Origin: a virus
Taxonomy: Duplodnaviria > Caudoviricetes
Reading direction: 5' to 3' (one strand)
Length of the DNA stretch: 39,384 bases
IMG/VR virus record: IMGVR_UViG_3300010366_000023
Location: 1 to 39,384 of that record
How positions within the stretch are numbered: position 1 is the first letter of the stretch; each line of letters begins with the position of its first letter. The notes beneath the pieces are model-generated. The model searched no databases, was not told the origin of the DNA, and saw only the letters and a list, made by a program, of their open reading frames with translations. The position numbers and the translations under genes were made by a program. Of this stretch, positions 17,729-27,090 are shown piece after piece.

Positions 17729-18409
17729 CTACTCCCCCCACCAACTTGTCAGCTCTTGGATCACCAGCGGTTCGGACTGATCACGCTCCCCTAACGCCCG
17801 GATGTCCTTTAAAACTTCGTTGGCCTTGCTGATGGCATAGGAGGGATCCGATTCCTCCTTGGCTAGGGCCGCCGCCGTGACATCCCAAACGACATATTCC
17901 TCCAAGCCTACGTAGCCGTCCAGCGGATCGGCGGGGGCGGTTAGCTTAACCGGAGCCTTGACGTAATTGAGGCGCAGGGAGTGGACGGCGGTAGGGGTGG
18001 GGACGAACCGGATTACCGCATTGCGGATGGCATAACCTACGCCGCATTCGGTCGATCGGGAGCCAACCCAAATCCCCCACCCGGACCCGGATAGCTGATC
18101 CTCCAGCTGCTGTTCAGTCGCCCTCCGGAGGCGCTTTTTAACCCCGCTTCCGTCATCCCACCATAACGACAGTTCCTTGAGAAAGTCGGTCGGGAGATTG
18201 ACGGACTCGACGTTGGCCGTGGTCGTAAGGGTGGCGGTGCTATTGAAATACTCGGCCCCGAATGTTTGCGTTAGCTCCCGGTAAAACTTCCGGATGGACG
18301 CATTGATGAGATCCGTCCATTCGGAGGCCGCCACCGGGCCGCCGTTCTCCATGTGCGAGCGTTGCTGCGCCCATGTCGTTAGTTGCGCTAGGGTAACCGT
18401 CAGAGCCAC
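17729..18409 (-). CDS. Head-tail adaptor / tail tubular protein A-like
   Basis: TLAQL...QRSHME...DLINAS; LPTDF; RFVPTP...L.Y...P; YVVW..A..AL.KEESD pattern. Confidence 0.75.
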   Translation of the reverse strand: MALTVTLAQLTTWAQQRSHMENGGPVAASEWTDLINASIRKFYRELTQTFGAEYFNSTATLTTTANVESVNLPTDFLKELSLWWDDGSGVKKRLRRATEQQLEDQLSGSGWGIWVGSRSTECGVGYAIRNAVIRFVPTPTAVHSLRLNYVKAPVKLTAPADPLDGYVGLEEYVVWDVTAAALAKEESDPSYAISKANEVLKDIRALGERDQSEPLVIQELTSWWGE

Positions 18410-18426
18410 GGGGCCCCCTTCTTGGC

Positions 18427-18681
18427 TTACTCCTCGTAGGCGCGCTCGTCATTGGCCATCAGACAGGATTTCATGGCCTCTTTAAAGGCGTCCCGGTCGC
18501 CCGACTTGATTGCATCGAACGCGGCATCGAGATGCATGTCGCGATCGTCGCCCTCCCGCTTTTCCTCTTCCGGCGATTCGCTGGCCTCTTCCTCCGGCGA
18601 TCCCTCTTCCATGTCCTCATCGCCCTTTTTGGGCTTGCCAATGCCGATGATGAGGGCGGGGCCTTTGTCCTTGGGACTCAT
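18427..18681 (-). CDS. Small acidic protein
   Basis: EEGSPEEEASESPEEEKREG; ATGA-coupled to the upstream gene. Confidence 0.7.
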   Translation of the reverse strand: MSPKDKGPALIIGIGKPKKGDEDMEEGSPEEEASESPEEEKREGDDRDMHLDAAFDAIKSGDRDAFKEAMKSCLMANDERAYEE

Positions 18682-19073
18682 TTGACGGCCCCCACTTGGC
18701 AAACCGCGATGATGTTAATGCGGTTCGATGCATTGGCGGCAATATCCGCCACCGCTCCGCCCGGATTGTTGCGGATGACTACCGTGGCCTTGCTCCCCGC
18801 CGTGAGGGTCACGGCCCCGACCTGGATATTGGTATCCACGTTGGCCGCCGAATTGATTTGCACGTAGGCACCGATCGCCACAATGGCATTGACGGCAATG
18901 GACAGGGTTACTGTCCATGTCCCGGTCGACGTCCACACCACCGAGTCAATAAGGGAACCTTTGTTGACGGTGGCATCCGGATTGCTCCCCCCATTGGGGG
19001 CAAATGAACCGGCCACCACCAATTGACCCTTGCCATAGGTCCAAAGGCGATCAAAGGTTTTGCCCGCACTCAT
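18678..19073 (-). CDS. Putative virion structural protein
   Basis: Beta-rich; SVVWTSTGTWTVTL motif; in the capsid gene cluster. Confidence 0.6.
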   Translation of the reverse strand: MSAGKTFDRLWTYGKGQLVVAGSFAPNGGSNPDATVNKGSLIDSVVWTSTGTWTVTLSIAVNAIVAIGAYVQINSAANVDTNIQVGAVTLTAGSKATVVIRNNPGGAVADIAANASNRINIIAVCQVGAVK

Positions 19074-19075
19074 GG

Positions 19076-19585
19076 CTAGAGGCTCCTAACAAGGACTCGG
19101 ATCCATCCGGCCGGGACGACGACACCTGTTGACGCTTTGGTAATTTGAAAGGACAGGACTTGGCCGGCCGTCATTTGGCGAGTAGCGGGTGTGGCGGAGA
19201 CGGCGATATTATAGGGAACACCCGCGGCAATGTTTCCGCCGCCGCCGCCGCCTGTCGTTTTGGTATCCGTTTGGGCTACGACGGTCCCCGCACCTCCGAG
19301 GCCATCATGCTTATTGATGATGATGGAGGCGTAGGTGGCATCGTTAGCGGTTAGAGTCCCCGCCGAAACGAATTTGACGTCAATAATCTCCCGATCGCGG
19401 TAGGGAACATGGAAATAGTCGGCGGCGGTGGTGGTGGAGGCCATGGCATCGGCGGACGCCTTGACGTACTGCACCGCTTCCTCGAAAATGCCGTCAACTT
19501 GATCCTTAACGTTTTCGGGTGAGATGTCATGGGCCGAGAAAAGGCCGCGGAGCCACAGCTTAAAATTCGAATAGATTGCAGCCAT
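19076..19585 (-). CDS. Putative capsid decoration/cement protein
   Basis: Directly after the MCP gene; jelly-roll-like AGQVLSFQITKA.TG..VPAG; strong AGGGAGG RBS. Confidence 0.55.
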   Translation of the reverse strand: MAAIYSNFKLWLRGLFSAHDISPENVKDQVDGIFEEAVQYVKASADAMASTTTAADYFHVPYRDREIIDVKFVSAGTLTANDATYASIIINKHDGLGGAGTVVAQTDTKTTGGGGGGNIAAGVPYNIAVSATPATRQMTAGQVLSFQITKASTGVVVPAGWIRVLVRSL

Positions 19586-19596
19586 TTTTCCCTCCC

Positions 19597-20829
19597 TTAA
19601 ACCGTGGGAACCGTGATCCGGCCATTGAGACCGGGGGCCAATCCGAGGAGGTTACCCCTCCATCCGGCCCTGATTTGGACACCGTCCGCCGTGGGATCCA
19701 CGACGAAGTTGGAGCCGGAGGCCTCGGTAAAAAACCGAGGCGTTTTCCCGAGGCTTTTCCATTGCCACGTCCGTTTGGTAAGCGCCCAAGCGATGTTGGC
19801 TTGGCAGTTGTGATCCGCCATCACTTCCACCGGACGGCCGCCGGAATGGACTTTGATGGTGTCATAGCCAACCTCGCCGGTTCCGGACTCCTTGCGCATG
19901 GCCTTGGCGCCAAGGTCCAAGGAGAAGTCCGCGAATCGGTTGTAATCCGTGATCACGGTGTCAATGGATCCGGACCCCGCCTCCACCCGGAATTGGGCGA
20001 GGGCTTTGATGATAGCGTCGGAGATATTGAGGAGCGAACCGTCATAGCGGAGGCCGCTAAGGCGGGTGTCTACGCTCCGATCAAATCCAAAGACCGCATC
20101 TCCGGGCGATGGGGCCGCGGCGGGAATATACGAATCGAATCCGTAGATCCCAAGGCCGAAGTCTCCGGCGGGAAAGATGAAGTCTCCTCCCGCTCCAAGC
20201 GATGCGCCGGGGATGTCCGCCGCAAAGGTAGGGGCAAGCGTAATCTTGCCGTTCGGCCGATCGACCGAGAGCACCGATGTTTGGCCCGCTCGCACTGATC
20301 CGGAGGTGCCATCGGTAGTGGCCAGATTGATTTTCATGTTGCGGCGATAGTTGACGATATCCCCTTGGTTAAGGAGGGTGACCGTTGCGGTCGAAAGCCC
20401 GTTGGCCCGCCCGATGGATCCGCCGTGGTTTCTGAAAAGCCCGTTTCCCAACTTTTCCGTGGTGGCTTTGATGCCCGTCGAAACCTCTTCCTTTTTGAGG
20501 TCCACATAGGCTCCGTCATCCGAGGCGGAGGCCTCCATCGTCTCATTATCGAGATTGATGATTTGGTAATAGCGGGCCCGGCGAATGGTGAAGGTCGCAT
20601 AGGAGCCATTGCCCGCATTCATGAGGGCCGTATTGAAGTCCGCGCTCATTCCGGCGGGGACCTCATAGGCAACGTCAAACTGCAGGCCTGCGGTGGCGCG
20701 GCCGTAGAAATTGGTATCCTTGGGGAGCATCCCAAGCGTGGGTTGCTCCTCGTACCCAATCCGCTCCATACGCGGGAAAAAGTACGTTTTAAAAACGTTA
20801 TCAACGGTAGCGAAATTGACTTGGCCCAT
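19597..20829 (-). CDS. Major capsid protein
   Basis: 410 aa after the scaffold gene; HK97-like layout; C-terminal DGVQIR.GW.GNL...APG.NG. Confidence 0.85.
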   Translation of the reverse strand: MGQVNFATVDNVFKTYFFPRMERIGYEEQPTLGMLPKDTNFYGRATAGLQFDVAYEVPAGMSADFNTALMNAGNGSYATFTIRRARYYQIINLDNETMEASASDDGAYVDLKKEEVSTGIKATTEKLGNGLFRNHGGSIGRANGLSTATVTLLNQGDIVNYRRNMKINLATTDGTSGSVRAGQTSVLSVDRPNGKITLAPTFAADIPGASLGAGGDFIFPAGDFGLGIYGFDSYIPAAAPSPGDAVFGFDRSVDTRLSGLRYDGSLLNISDAIIKALAQFRVEAGSGSIDTVITDYNRFADFSLDLGAKAMRKESGTGEVGYDTIKVHSGGRPVEVMADHNCQANIAWALTKRTWQWKSLGKTPRFFTEASGSNFVVDPTADGVQIRAGWRGNLLGLAPGLNGRITVPTV

Positions 20830-20898
20830 GGGGCCCCCCGTGGCGCGATTCCCTCCCGGAACCTACGCGGCATTGGCTCCGCGCCGGATCGTTGCGTC

Positions 20899-21900
20899 TT
20901 ATCGTCGGATACCGGCGGCCCGCATGATGGCCTGCCAGTCTTCATCATCCGAGACTTGGCGCCCCGTACTCCGTTGCGTCGCTAGTTGGTTATTCAGCGT
21001 TGCGGGCCGCTGCGCCGATTCGCGATTGGCCGGGGTGGCCTTCCCCTCGCGCGGGTCCTCTAGGGGAGGTGCGCCTAGCCGCTTATTCCGCCGCCCTTCA
21101 CGGACGAGGTAACGTTGCTCCTCTTCACTTTCCAGGGTCGCTAGAACCTTGTCAAGGGGCAGACTTATCCCCGTCTTTTCCCAATGGGCCTTGATTCGCT
21201 CCCACGCGGATTGTCCTACAAGCTCCGCGGAAAAGGCGGGGAGATGGACGTAGTCATCGGCATGTTGAGTCACATAGCGGGCAATCTCCGTAATGTAATT
21301 GGAGACTTTGATTTGCTGCGCCGTCCTATCGTCGTCCTCCCGCCGCTGCTTCTCATCCTTCTCGCGTTTCGCCTGCTCCTCGTCCCGCCGCCTTTGGTCG
21401 GCCTTCATCCGGTCCAGTTCCTGTTCCACCGGAGTCTTTCCCTCTAGGACGTAGGAATTAATATAATTAATGGCCTTGGTTTCGCTAATGCCCTGCTTTT
21501 TGGCGATGTAGGCTATCAGCGCCCTCGGGTCCGCCTCCAAGGCGTCCAGCATCTTGGAACGATCATCCAGCTCCCGCCCTCGGGCCTCCCTAGCGCTATC
21601 CTCCGCCTTGGCCCGCTCCACCCTCTGCGCGTATTCGGCCTCCCTGGCCTCTAGGCGCTGGCGCTTCTCATGGTACCGCTTCCATTCGCGATAGGAGACG
21701 CGTTTATCCTCCTCGGTTTTCTCGGGTGGCGGCGGAGGGGCGTCCTCCTTCTTAGCAGTAGCCTTGCCGTTTTTGCCCTGTTCCGGAGCCTTAAACGCCT
21801 CCGCCTTGGCGTTTTCCCAAGCCCGGGCATCATCGGGCGTCCCATTCGGGGGAGCGGTCTGCGGGGCCGGTACGGGCTGTGCGGCGTTTGCGTCAGGCAT
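20899..21900 (-). CDS. Capsid scaffolding protein
   Basis: Highly charged coiled coil; TLNN.L motif near the C-terminus; between portal and MCP. Confidence 0.75.
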   Translation of the reverse strand: MPDANAAQPVPAPQTAPPNGTPDDARAWENAKAEAFKAPEQGKNGKATAKKEDAPPPPPEKTEEDKRVSYREWKRYHEKRQRLEAREAEYAQRVERAKAEDSAREARGRELDDRSKMLDALEADPRALIAYIAKKQGISETKAINYINSYVLEGKTPVEQELDRMKADQRRRDEEQAKREKDEKQRREDDDRTAQQIKVSNYITEIARYVTQHADDYVHLPAFSAELVGQSAWERIKAHWEKTGISLPLDKVLATLESEEEQRYLVREGRRNKRLGAPPLEDPREGKATPANRESAQRPATLNNQLATQRSTGRQVSDDEDWQAIMRAAGIRR

Positions 21901-21909
21901 GATCGAACC

Positions 21910-23880
21910 TCATGAGGGCGGGCCGCCGGGTGGAGTCCCGGGGGCGGTAGGAGCGGGCGTAGGTCCGCCGGGTGCAGGGGGTTGGGGACCGTTTTCGCCG
22001 GTAGGCGCTGCACCCGGCGGAGCTTCGGGGCCGGGCGGTGGTGGTGCGCCCGGCGGCGGAGGCGGGGCCGCTCCCGCCGCATCGGGCGAGGGGGCCGCCG
22101 TTGGCTCCGGAGTAAGGCAATCGGTAATGAATTGCCGCAACAGTTCCATATGCTCTTCCGGATAGGCCGCCTTGGGATCGACAAGGCCTTGGACCTTGGC
22201 GCGCGAATAGCGTTGCACCCCCATCCGGGCTAAGAGCTGCTTATCCTGCAGCGGTTCCACCACCACCGATTCCCCATCGTTCAACATCAAATCGATCATT
22301 TCCTCGCCCAATTCATACATGGCGGTTTCTAGGGTGGAGGCGTCCTCCAGATCGGGGAAATCGGCGAGGCGCTTGTAGTCGGACTTGGAAATGAGCTGTG
22401 CGTTAAGCCATTCATCCAAGGTGGCGATGCGGGCGGACGGCTCCGGGGGGAGCGCGCTAGTCGGGTAGACCCTTAACCACCATTGGTCGCGCGATAGGTT
22501 GATATCCTTCAAATCGATTAGATCGATCTGGCGCTTGCCGTGATAGGCGACGGCATAGTTGCCGAATTTCTCCTCGGCCTCCTTGGCCAGATCGATTTTG
22601 CTTTCCGCCACCTCGCGATCGAACGTTTCGCAATCCCGCAAAAAGGGTAGGCGACGGCGGGAGGAGACCGAGTCCGCCATGCGGATAGCGCGCCCGCTCG
22701 CCTTATCCATGCCTTGGGGCAAAAGCCCTTGAGCACTCATGGCGTTGACCCCCTCGACATTGTACATGGAGGAGGCAATCCACCTTGCATGGTCGATCAC
22801 TTGGGGAGAAACGACGTCATGCACCACGTATTCGGGCTTGGCCCCGGAGCCGCCGTTGTAGGTGACGATCGTGCCAACCCTATCGTTAAGGTGGGTTTTG
22901 AGCACGCCAGAATTGGCGTCCAGAAATACCTTCAAATTCCCCGCCCTTTTCATGGACAGTTGGATATGGCGGAGAACGCGGTTTAGCTCCGTCTGTTGAC
23001 CGAGTAATTGCTCCACCATGCCTTTTCCCCACATGCCGATGCGGGGTTTTATCCAATAAAGGAACGTGAAGGGAAACGTCCCCTTTTTCCACGGCTCATC
23101 AAATAGGGTGGCGCCTTGGACAACGATCGCATGACGGCCGTCCCCGCTCCCCTCGTCCTTTTCCTTGCGTGGATCGGCGGGGCGGGAGGGAAGGTGCCAA
23201 GATTCGGTCACCACAATCAAGTCCGAGGCCACATCGACGAAATACGGGTAATCGTCGATATTCCCCCGCCGGGCCCGATCGATGTCCTCCGCCTTGTCGG
23301 GATAGCAAGTTTTGAGAACCGCCCGATCGACGACATACCATTGATAGATGGTGCGCGGTTTCCCGTAGCGGGCGTCATCCTTATCGGCGCCGATGTCCCA
23401 AGCGATGACCCGCTCGCCCCTGACGCGATTCGTGGCGGCGTCGATCAGGGTCTTTTCTACGCCCGTTCCCCATATAAGAGCGTCTAGCTTCGCATCGTTG
23501 CCAACTTGCTCTTGGCCGTCCTCGTAGGCCTGGCCCTCGCTGAATTTGTCGAGGTCCTTGGCCCTCTTTTTCATCCTGTAATCGCCGCCGGAGGTAACGA
23601 CGGTCATCCGCGTACGGTTCTGCACGCATTCCGCGTGAACCGTATGGACCATGTTTTCAATGTGGTTTTGCGATAGCCGCTCGAACGTGCCCGCCGCCCG
23701 CCCTCCAAAGGAAGAGCCAAGCTCATCTTGGGCTTGATTGCTGTATAAGCATAGCTGCTCCACCATCCGGAGCTTTCGATCTAGATCGCTTTCCCGGACC
23801 TTATCAGCGGCCATCAAGAGGCGTACGTGCGGGTCTCCCTCCTCCAGCCACCACCCGTACCGATCCCCCGCGGGCATCAT
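21910..23880 (-). CDS. Portal protein
   Basis: About 656 aa; DALIWGTG.EK, FPF...W......WGKG..E.L...Q.ELN motifs of P22-like portals; Pro-rich tail. Start inferred from the ATGA overlap. Confidence 0.85.
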   Translation of the reverse strand: MMPAGDRYGWWLEEGDPHVRLLMAADKVRESDLDRKLRMVEQLCLYSNQAQDELGSSFGGRAAGTFERLSQNHIENMVHTVHAECVQNRTRMTVVTSGGDYRMKKRAKDLDKFSEGQAYEDGQEQVGNDAKLDALIWGTGVEKTLIDAATNRVRGERVIAWDIGADKDDARYGKPRTIYQWYVVDRAVLKTCYPDKAEDIDRARRGNIDDYPYFVDVASDLIVVTESWHLPSRPADPRKEKDEGSGDGRHAIVVQGATLFDEPWKKGTFPFTFLYWIKPRIGMWGKGMVEQLLGQQTELNRVLRHIQLSMKRAGNLKVFLDANSGVLKTHLNDRVGTIVTYNGGSGAKPEYVVHDVVSPQVIDHARWIASSMYNVEGVNAMSAQGLLPQGMDKASGRAIRMADSVSSRRRLPFLRDCETFDREVAESKIDLAKEAEEKFGNYAVAYHGKRQIDLIDLKDINLSRDQWWLRVYPTSALPPEPSARIATLDEWLNAQLISKSDYKRLADFPDLEDASTLETAMYELGEEMIDLMLNDGESVVVEPLQDKQLLARMGVQRYSRAKVQGLVDPKAAYPEEHMELLRQFITDCLTPEPTAAPSPDAAGAAPPPPPGAPPPPGPEAPPGAAPTGENGPQPPAPGGPTPAPTAPGTPPGGPPS

Positions 23881-24092
23881 GCGAGGATCCCCCGCCGCTG
23901 CATGTGCGCGATAATCTCGTCCGCTTCCCGGTCGCGCGCGGCCTCGCATTCGGCGCACTTGCACCCGGGCTTAAGACCGTTGCGACGCCGCTCCTCGCTC
24001 CACGCGCATCGATGGGCATCGCCAAACGTGACGCGGGTAACGAGGCCCTGCGCCTTCGTCTCGAATTGAAACTGAGAATGCCAGGCCGTCAT
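23877..24092 (-). CDS. Small Cys-containing protein
   Basis: H.C...GCKCAEC; ATGA-coupled on both sides. Confidence 0.6.
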   Translation of the reverse strand: MTAWHSQFQFETKAQGLVTRVTFGDAHRCAWSEERRRNGLKPGCKCAECEAARDREADEIIAHMQRRGILA

Positions 24093-24361
24093 GCCCCCTC
24101 CCCATCGGCCGAGGGATGAGGCAATCGGGACCCGGGAGCACGAAGCCAAGCGGGCTTACCTCCGACATGCGCCCATTTGTCCCGCTCGTATTCCTCCGCC
24201 TCTAGCGTCTCCTCCGCCTGTTCGTTTCGACCGAAACCGGCGGGCGCCGTGGCGTCCGATACTTCGATGATATCCGCCGATAAACGGCGGAGGCGGTACC
24301 CATGGCGGTGGAGCAAGTCCAACACCAGCGCCAGCTTTTCCGCCGTTACAGTTGAGTCCAT
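24089..24361 (-). CDS. Hypothetical protein, first gene of the morphogenesis operon
   Basis: 90-aa ORF with G-rich RBS; coupled to the downstream gene. Confidence 0.6.
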   Translation of the reverse strand: MDSTVTAEKLALVLDLLHRHGYRLRRLSADIIEVSDATAPAGFGRNEQAEETLEAEEYERDKWAHVGGKPAWLRAPGSRLPHPSADGEGA

Positions 24362-24496
24362 TCCCCCGCCACCCTCCCCCGGTAAACCACCCTAGGGGGG
24401 CTTGCGACGGGTGGCGGCGGCCTAGATACGCATCAATTTCCTTTTCAGGTCCGCCGCTTTTATGGCAACGTGCCTGGCGGTTAGGGGATCGGCCGG

Positions 24497-25009
24497 ATGG
24501 ATGATGAGGCGTTAAGGGGTTATCGGGAACAAATGGCCGCGCAGCGGGCGCTTTGGCCGAAGGGGCCATGGAGCGATGAGCCTGATCGCGTGGAATGGAC
24601 CTCCCATGGGTTCCCGTGCCTTATTGTCCGCAATAGCCTTGGCGCCCTTTGCGGTTATGTGGCCGTCCCCGCCGACCACCCGGCCCACGGAAAGCATTGG
24701 GCTAGTGTCCCCGCCACGGCCCACCGCGGCCTCAATTACTCCCGCCCGTGTCAAACGGTGATTTGCCACGCGGGAGCGGATGAGAATGTGTGGTGGCTGG
24801 GCTTTGATTGCATCCACATTGGATTCGATGAACAGGCGGACCTCGCGCCGGGGGAATTTATCTTTGGCATGTTGGACGGGTCCCATGCGCGTTCTTTTTT
24901 GCGTGGCGGCGGCCCGCAGTATCGGACGATCGCCTATGTGACGGGGGAGGTGGAGTCTTTGGCGGAGCAATTGGAGGCGATGAAGGGGACCGAATGCCGC
25001 AAACCTTGA
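24497..25009 (+). CDS. Conserved phage hypothetical protein
   Basis: GALCGYVAVP..HP...HRGLNY...WWLGFDC.H, a pattern I recall from many phage proteins. Confidence 0.75.
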   Translation: MDDEALRGYREQMAAQRALWPKGPWSDEPDRVEWTSHGFPCLIVRNSLGALCGYVAVPADHPAHGKHWASVPATAHRGLNYSRPCQTVICHAGADENVWWLGFDCIHIGFDEQADLAPGEFIFGMLDGSHARSFLRGGGPQYRTIAYVTGEVESLAEQLEAMKGTECRKP

Positions 25010-26055
25010 AACCGGAACACCTCGAAAACTTGCGATCCATGATGAAGGCGGCCCATGCGAACGGCCAAAGGAAAGCCTTTCTTGATGGGGGGATAACGTC
25101 CAGTATCTATTCCAAGCTCTTAAACGGCGGAGGGGTCGGCCTCATCAACGCCAACAAGATGCTTACGGTTCTAGGTCAACCCTTGCTCGATGCAACGGCG
25201 CTAGCTCCGTTCCCCAATAACCGGACCCGCCCACCGAATTCGGGATCGGTCGGACCTAAGAAGCGTGGCCGGCCGCCGGGGAGGCCACGGCAGGCGTCCC
25301 TTTTTGAGGAGGAGGATAAGACCCGCCTTACAGAAAAAGAGAACGAAGCGCTCCGAGGCCGCGTCATGGGCATCGCCAAAACGCACGGCCTTTCGTGGAA
25401 TCAGATGGAGAAGACGATATTTCCCGGGCGGGCCAATAGCTACTTCCTAAACCGCTACGTCAATCGGAGGGAGCCCGCCCTTGCGCGATTGGAGCACGCC
25501 GTTCCGATATGGGAAGGGCTTAAGCGGTACGGCGTCCAGGGTCCTCCCCCATGGGAGAAACGTCTCGGGCCTACGGCGGCTCCCGTCAAGCCCAATCGGC
25601 GGGGCGGAATGCCCAAGATTCTAACGGCCGTTGAGCTGTTGAAAAGGGAGCGGCCCGGGCTGATTCGATCGGAGACGCGCAAGCTAAGAGTGGCTGCGAT
25701 CATGAAGCTTCGGGACCACTTCAAGGACGACAGGCCCGCCATGGCCAACGCGCTAGGAATGACAACGGGCGAGCTAGGCCGGTTTTTCCAGGGTAACGTC
25801 CCGCGCGATACCGATCTAGAGGCCATCCGCCGCTTGGTCGGCCCGCCCGATCAGTTCCCGATCCGTGCGATGCAAACGGCGAATTCACCCGCACCGTCTA
25901 CGATGAGTCTCGATCAATTGATGGCCTCCCGGTTGACACCTCCGACCATGGCGCCTGCTACGATGGAGCAACTTTTGGGCGGCATCGATCAATTGGTGAT
26001 GGAAATCGGTCGCCAAACGCTTTTAGTCTATCTCAATCAATGGAAACCCAAATGA
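24994..26055 (+). CDS. Multi-HTH DNA-binding protein with AT-hook
   Basis: Three XRE-like helical units (GITSSIYSKLLNG; GLSWNQMEK...YFLNRYVN; MANALGMTTGELGRFFQG) and KKRGRPPGRPR. Confidence 0.6.
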   Translation: MPQTLKPEHLENLRSMMKAAHANGQRKAFLDGGITSSIYSKLLNGGGVGLINANKMLTVLGQPLLDATALAPFPNNRTRPPNSGSVGPKKRGRPPGRPRQASLFEEEDKTRLTEKENEALRGRVMGIAKTHGLSWNQMEKTIFPGRANSYFLNRYVNRREPALARLEHAVPIWEGLKRYGVQGPPPWEKRLGPTAAPVKPNRRGGMPKILTAVELLKRERPGLIRSETRKLRVAAIMKLRDHFKDDRPAMANALGMTTGELGRFFQGNVPRDTDLEAIRRLVGPPDQFPIRAMQTANSPAPSTMSLDQLMASRLTPPTMAPATMEQLLGGIDQLVMEIGRQTLLVYLNQWKPK

Positions 26056-26786
26056 AGGGGACGACGATCATGAAAGCAGACAACCTAACCGCACTCCAGA
26101 GCGATGCCTTGCGGAGTCAACTAAGACAGGCTTGCGCCGAGCACACCAAAGCATCGATCATGCTGGCCAAGGGACTCTTTGAAGTCTACTACGGGAGCGT
26201 GCTTGACAAGGGAACCTCGAGGCCGCTCCATGAGGCGTGGGGGTATGAGTCGTTTGGCGAATACGCGGAGCATGAGCTATCGATCCACGCGGGAACCGCG
26301 CGCCGCTATGTCGAGGTTTACGATGAGCTAGTGATTAAGCGGAGCTTTCTGGACCCGAAGACCGGGGCCTCCTACGGAAAGACCGTGCTCCCGGATTCGA
26401 TCGGCAAGCTCCGCACCATCGCCGGGATTTCGCGCGTCGTGAAAACGGAGCGAGAGCTACTCTCATGGATTAGCCGCTCCTTGGAGCTGTCCGCCTGCGA
26501 TTTTGAGGAGGAGGTTGACAAGGCCTTCCACCTCGGCTCGTCCAAAAAGCACTCCATCTCCTTCTCGCTCCCAAGCTCCCGCCTCAAGGTGATGATGAAG
26601 GCGCTTGATGCGGCGAAAGAGCGGTTCTCGGTGGGGAGCCGGGCGGAGGCGCTTACCGCGATTGTCGAGGCATGGGCGGCGGATCAAACGGAGCCGCGGG
26701 TAGCACCCAAGGTCGGCAAGGCAAAGCGAAAGCACCGCCATTCACACTCTCACGCGACGGATAACAATACACCCGCCATGCAGTAG
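26052..26786 (+). CDS. Hypothetical DNA-binding protein (possible C-terminal ribbon-helix-helix)
   Basis: WGYESFGEYAEHEL.I..GTARRY; C-terminal SISFSL...ALDAAK...SRAEALTAIV. Confidence 0.6.
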   Translation: MKGTTIMKADNLTALQSDALRSQLRQACAEHTKASIMLAKGLFEVYYGSVLDKGTSRPLHEAWGYESFGEYAEHELSIHAGTARRYVEVYDELVIKRSFLDPKTGASYGKTVLPDSIGKLRTIAGISRVVKTERELLSWISRSLELSACDFEEEVDKAFHLGSSKKHSISFSLPSSRLKVMMKALDAAKERFSVGSRAEALTAIVEAWAADQTEPRVAPKVGKAKRKHRHSHSHATDNNTPAMQ

Positions 26787-26790
26787 GGCC

Positions 26791-26828
26791 AAGGGGGGCG
26801 GCTCCTTGGCGGGGGAGCCGCCTCTTTC
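26791..26828 (+). terminator. GC-rich hairpin, probable terminator
   Basis: GGCGGCTCC (26797-26805) pairs with GGAGCCGCC (26814-26822), then TCTTTC. Confidence 0.55.
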
Positions 26829-26861
26829 ATCGAAAGGGAGGGGAGAAAAGGACCGGGTGCC

Positions 26862-27089
26862 ATGATCGGTGAGATGCGAACGATGGACGGAACGGGGGAT
26901 ACCAAGGTGACTTGGGACACGGAGAAACCGGCCGAGGTGGAGGCCGCGCGCGAAACGTTCTACTCCTTGAAAAAGCAGGGATACGCCGGGTATCGCGTCA
27001 CCCGCGGCGGGGAGAAGGACGAAATCCTCCATGAGTTTGATCCCCACGCCGGGCTCCTCATCATGGCGCCTCCGATGGTAGGGGGCTAG
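26862..27089 (+). CDS. Small protein with C-terminal di-glycine (candidate ubiquitin-like modifier)
   Basis: 75 aa ending ...LIMAPPMVGG-stop; purine-rich RBS. Confidence 0.75.
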   Translation: MIGEMRTMDGTGDTKVTWDTEKPAEVEAARETFYSLKKQGYAGYRVTRGGEKDEILHEFDPHAGLLIMAPPMVGG

Positions 27090-27090
27090 C

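Noticed and set aside
21910-22110. Pro/Gly-rich repeat at the portal C-terminus as a collagen-like or separate element
   Set aside because: No sustained Gly-X-Y periodicity; looks like a disordered portal tail.
24461-24476. Sigma54 promoter for the late operon (GGCACG/TTGC)
   Set aside because: The GG and GC elements lack the required -24/-12 spacing; only a short imperfect palindrome.
26684-26698. Fourth copy of the cassette repeat (TCAAACGGAGCCGCG)
   Set aside because: Needs an indel, lies inside a coding region and lacks promoter context.
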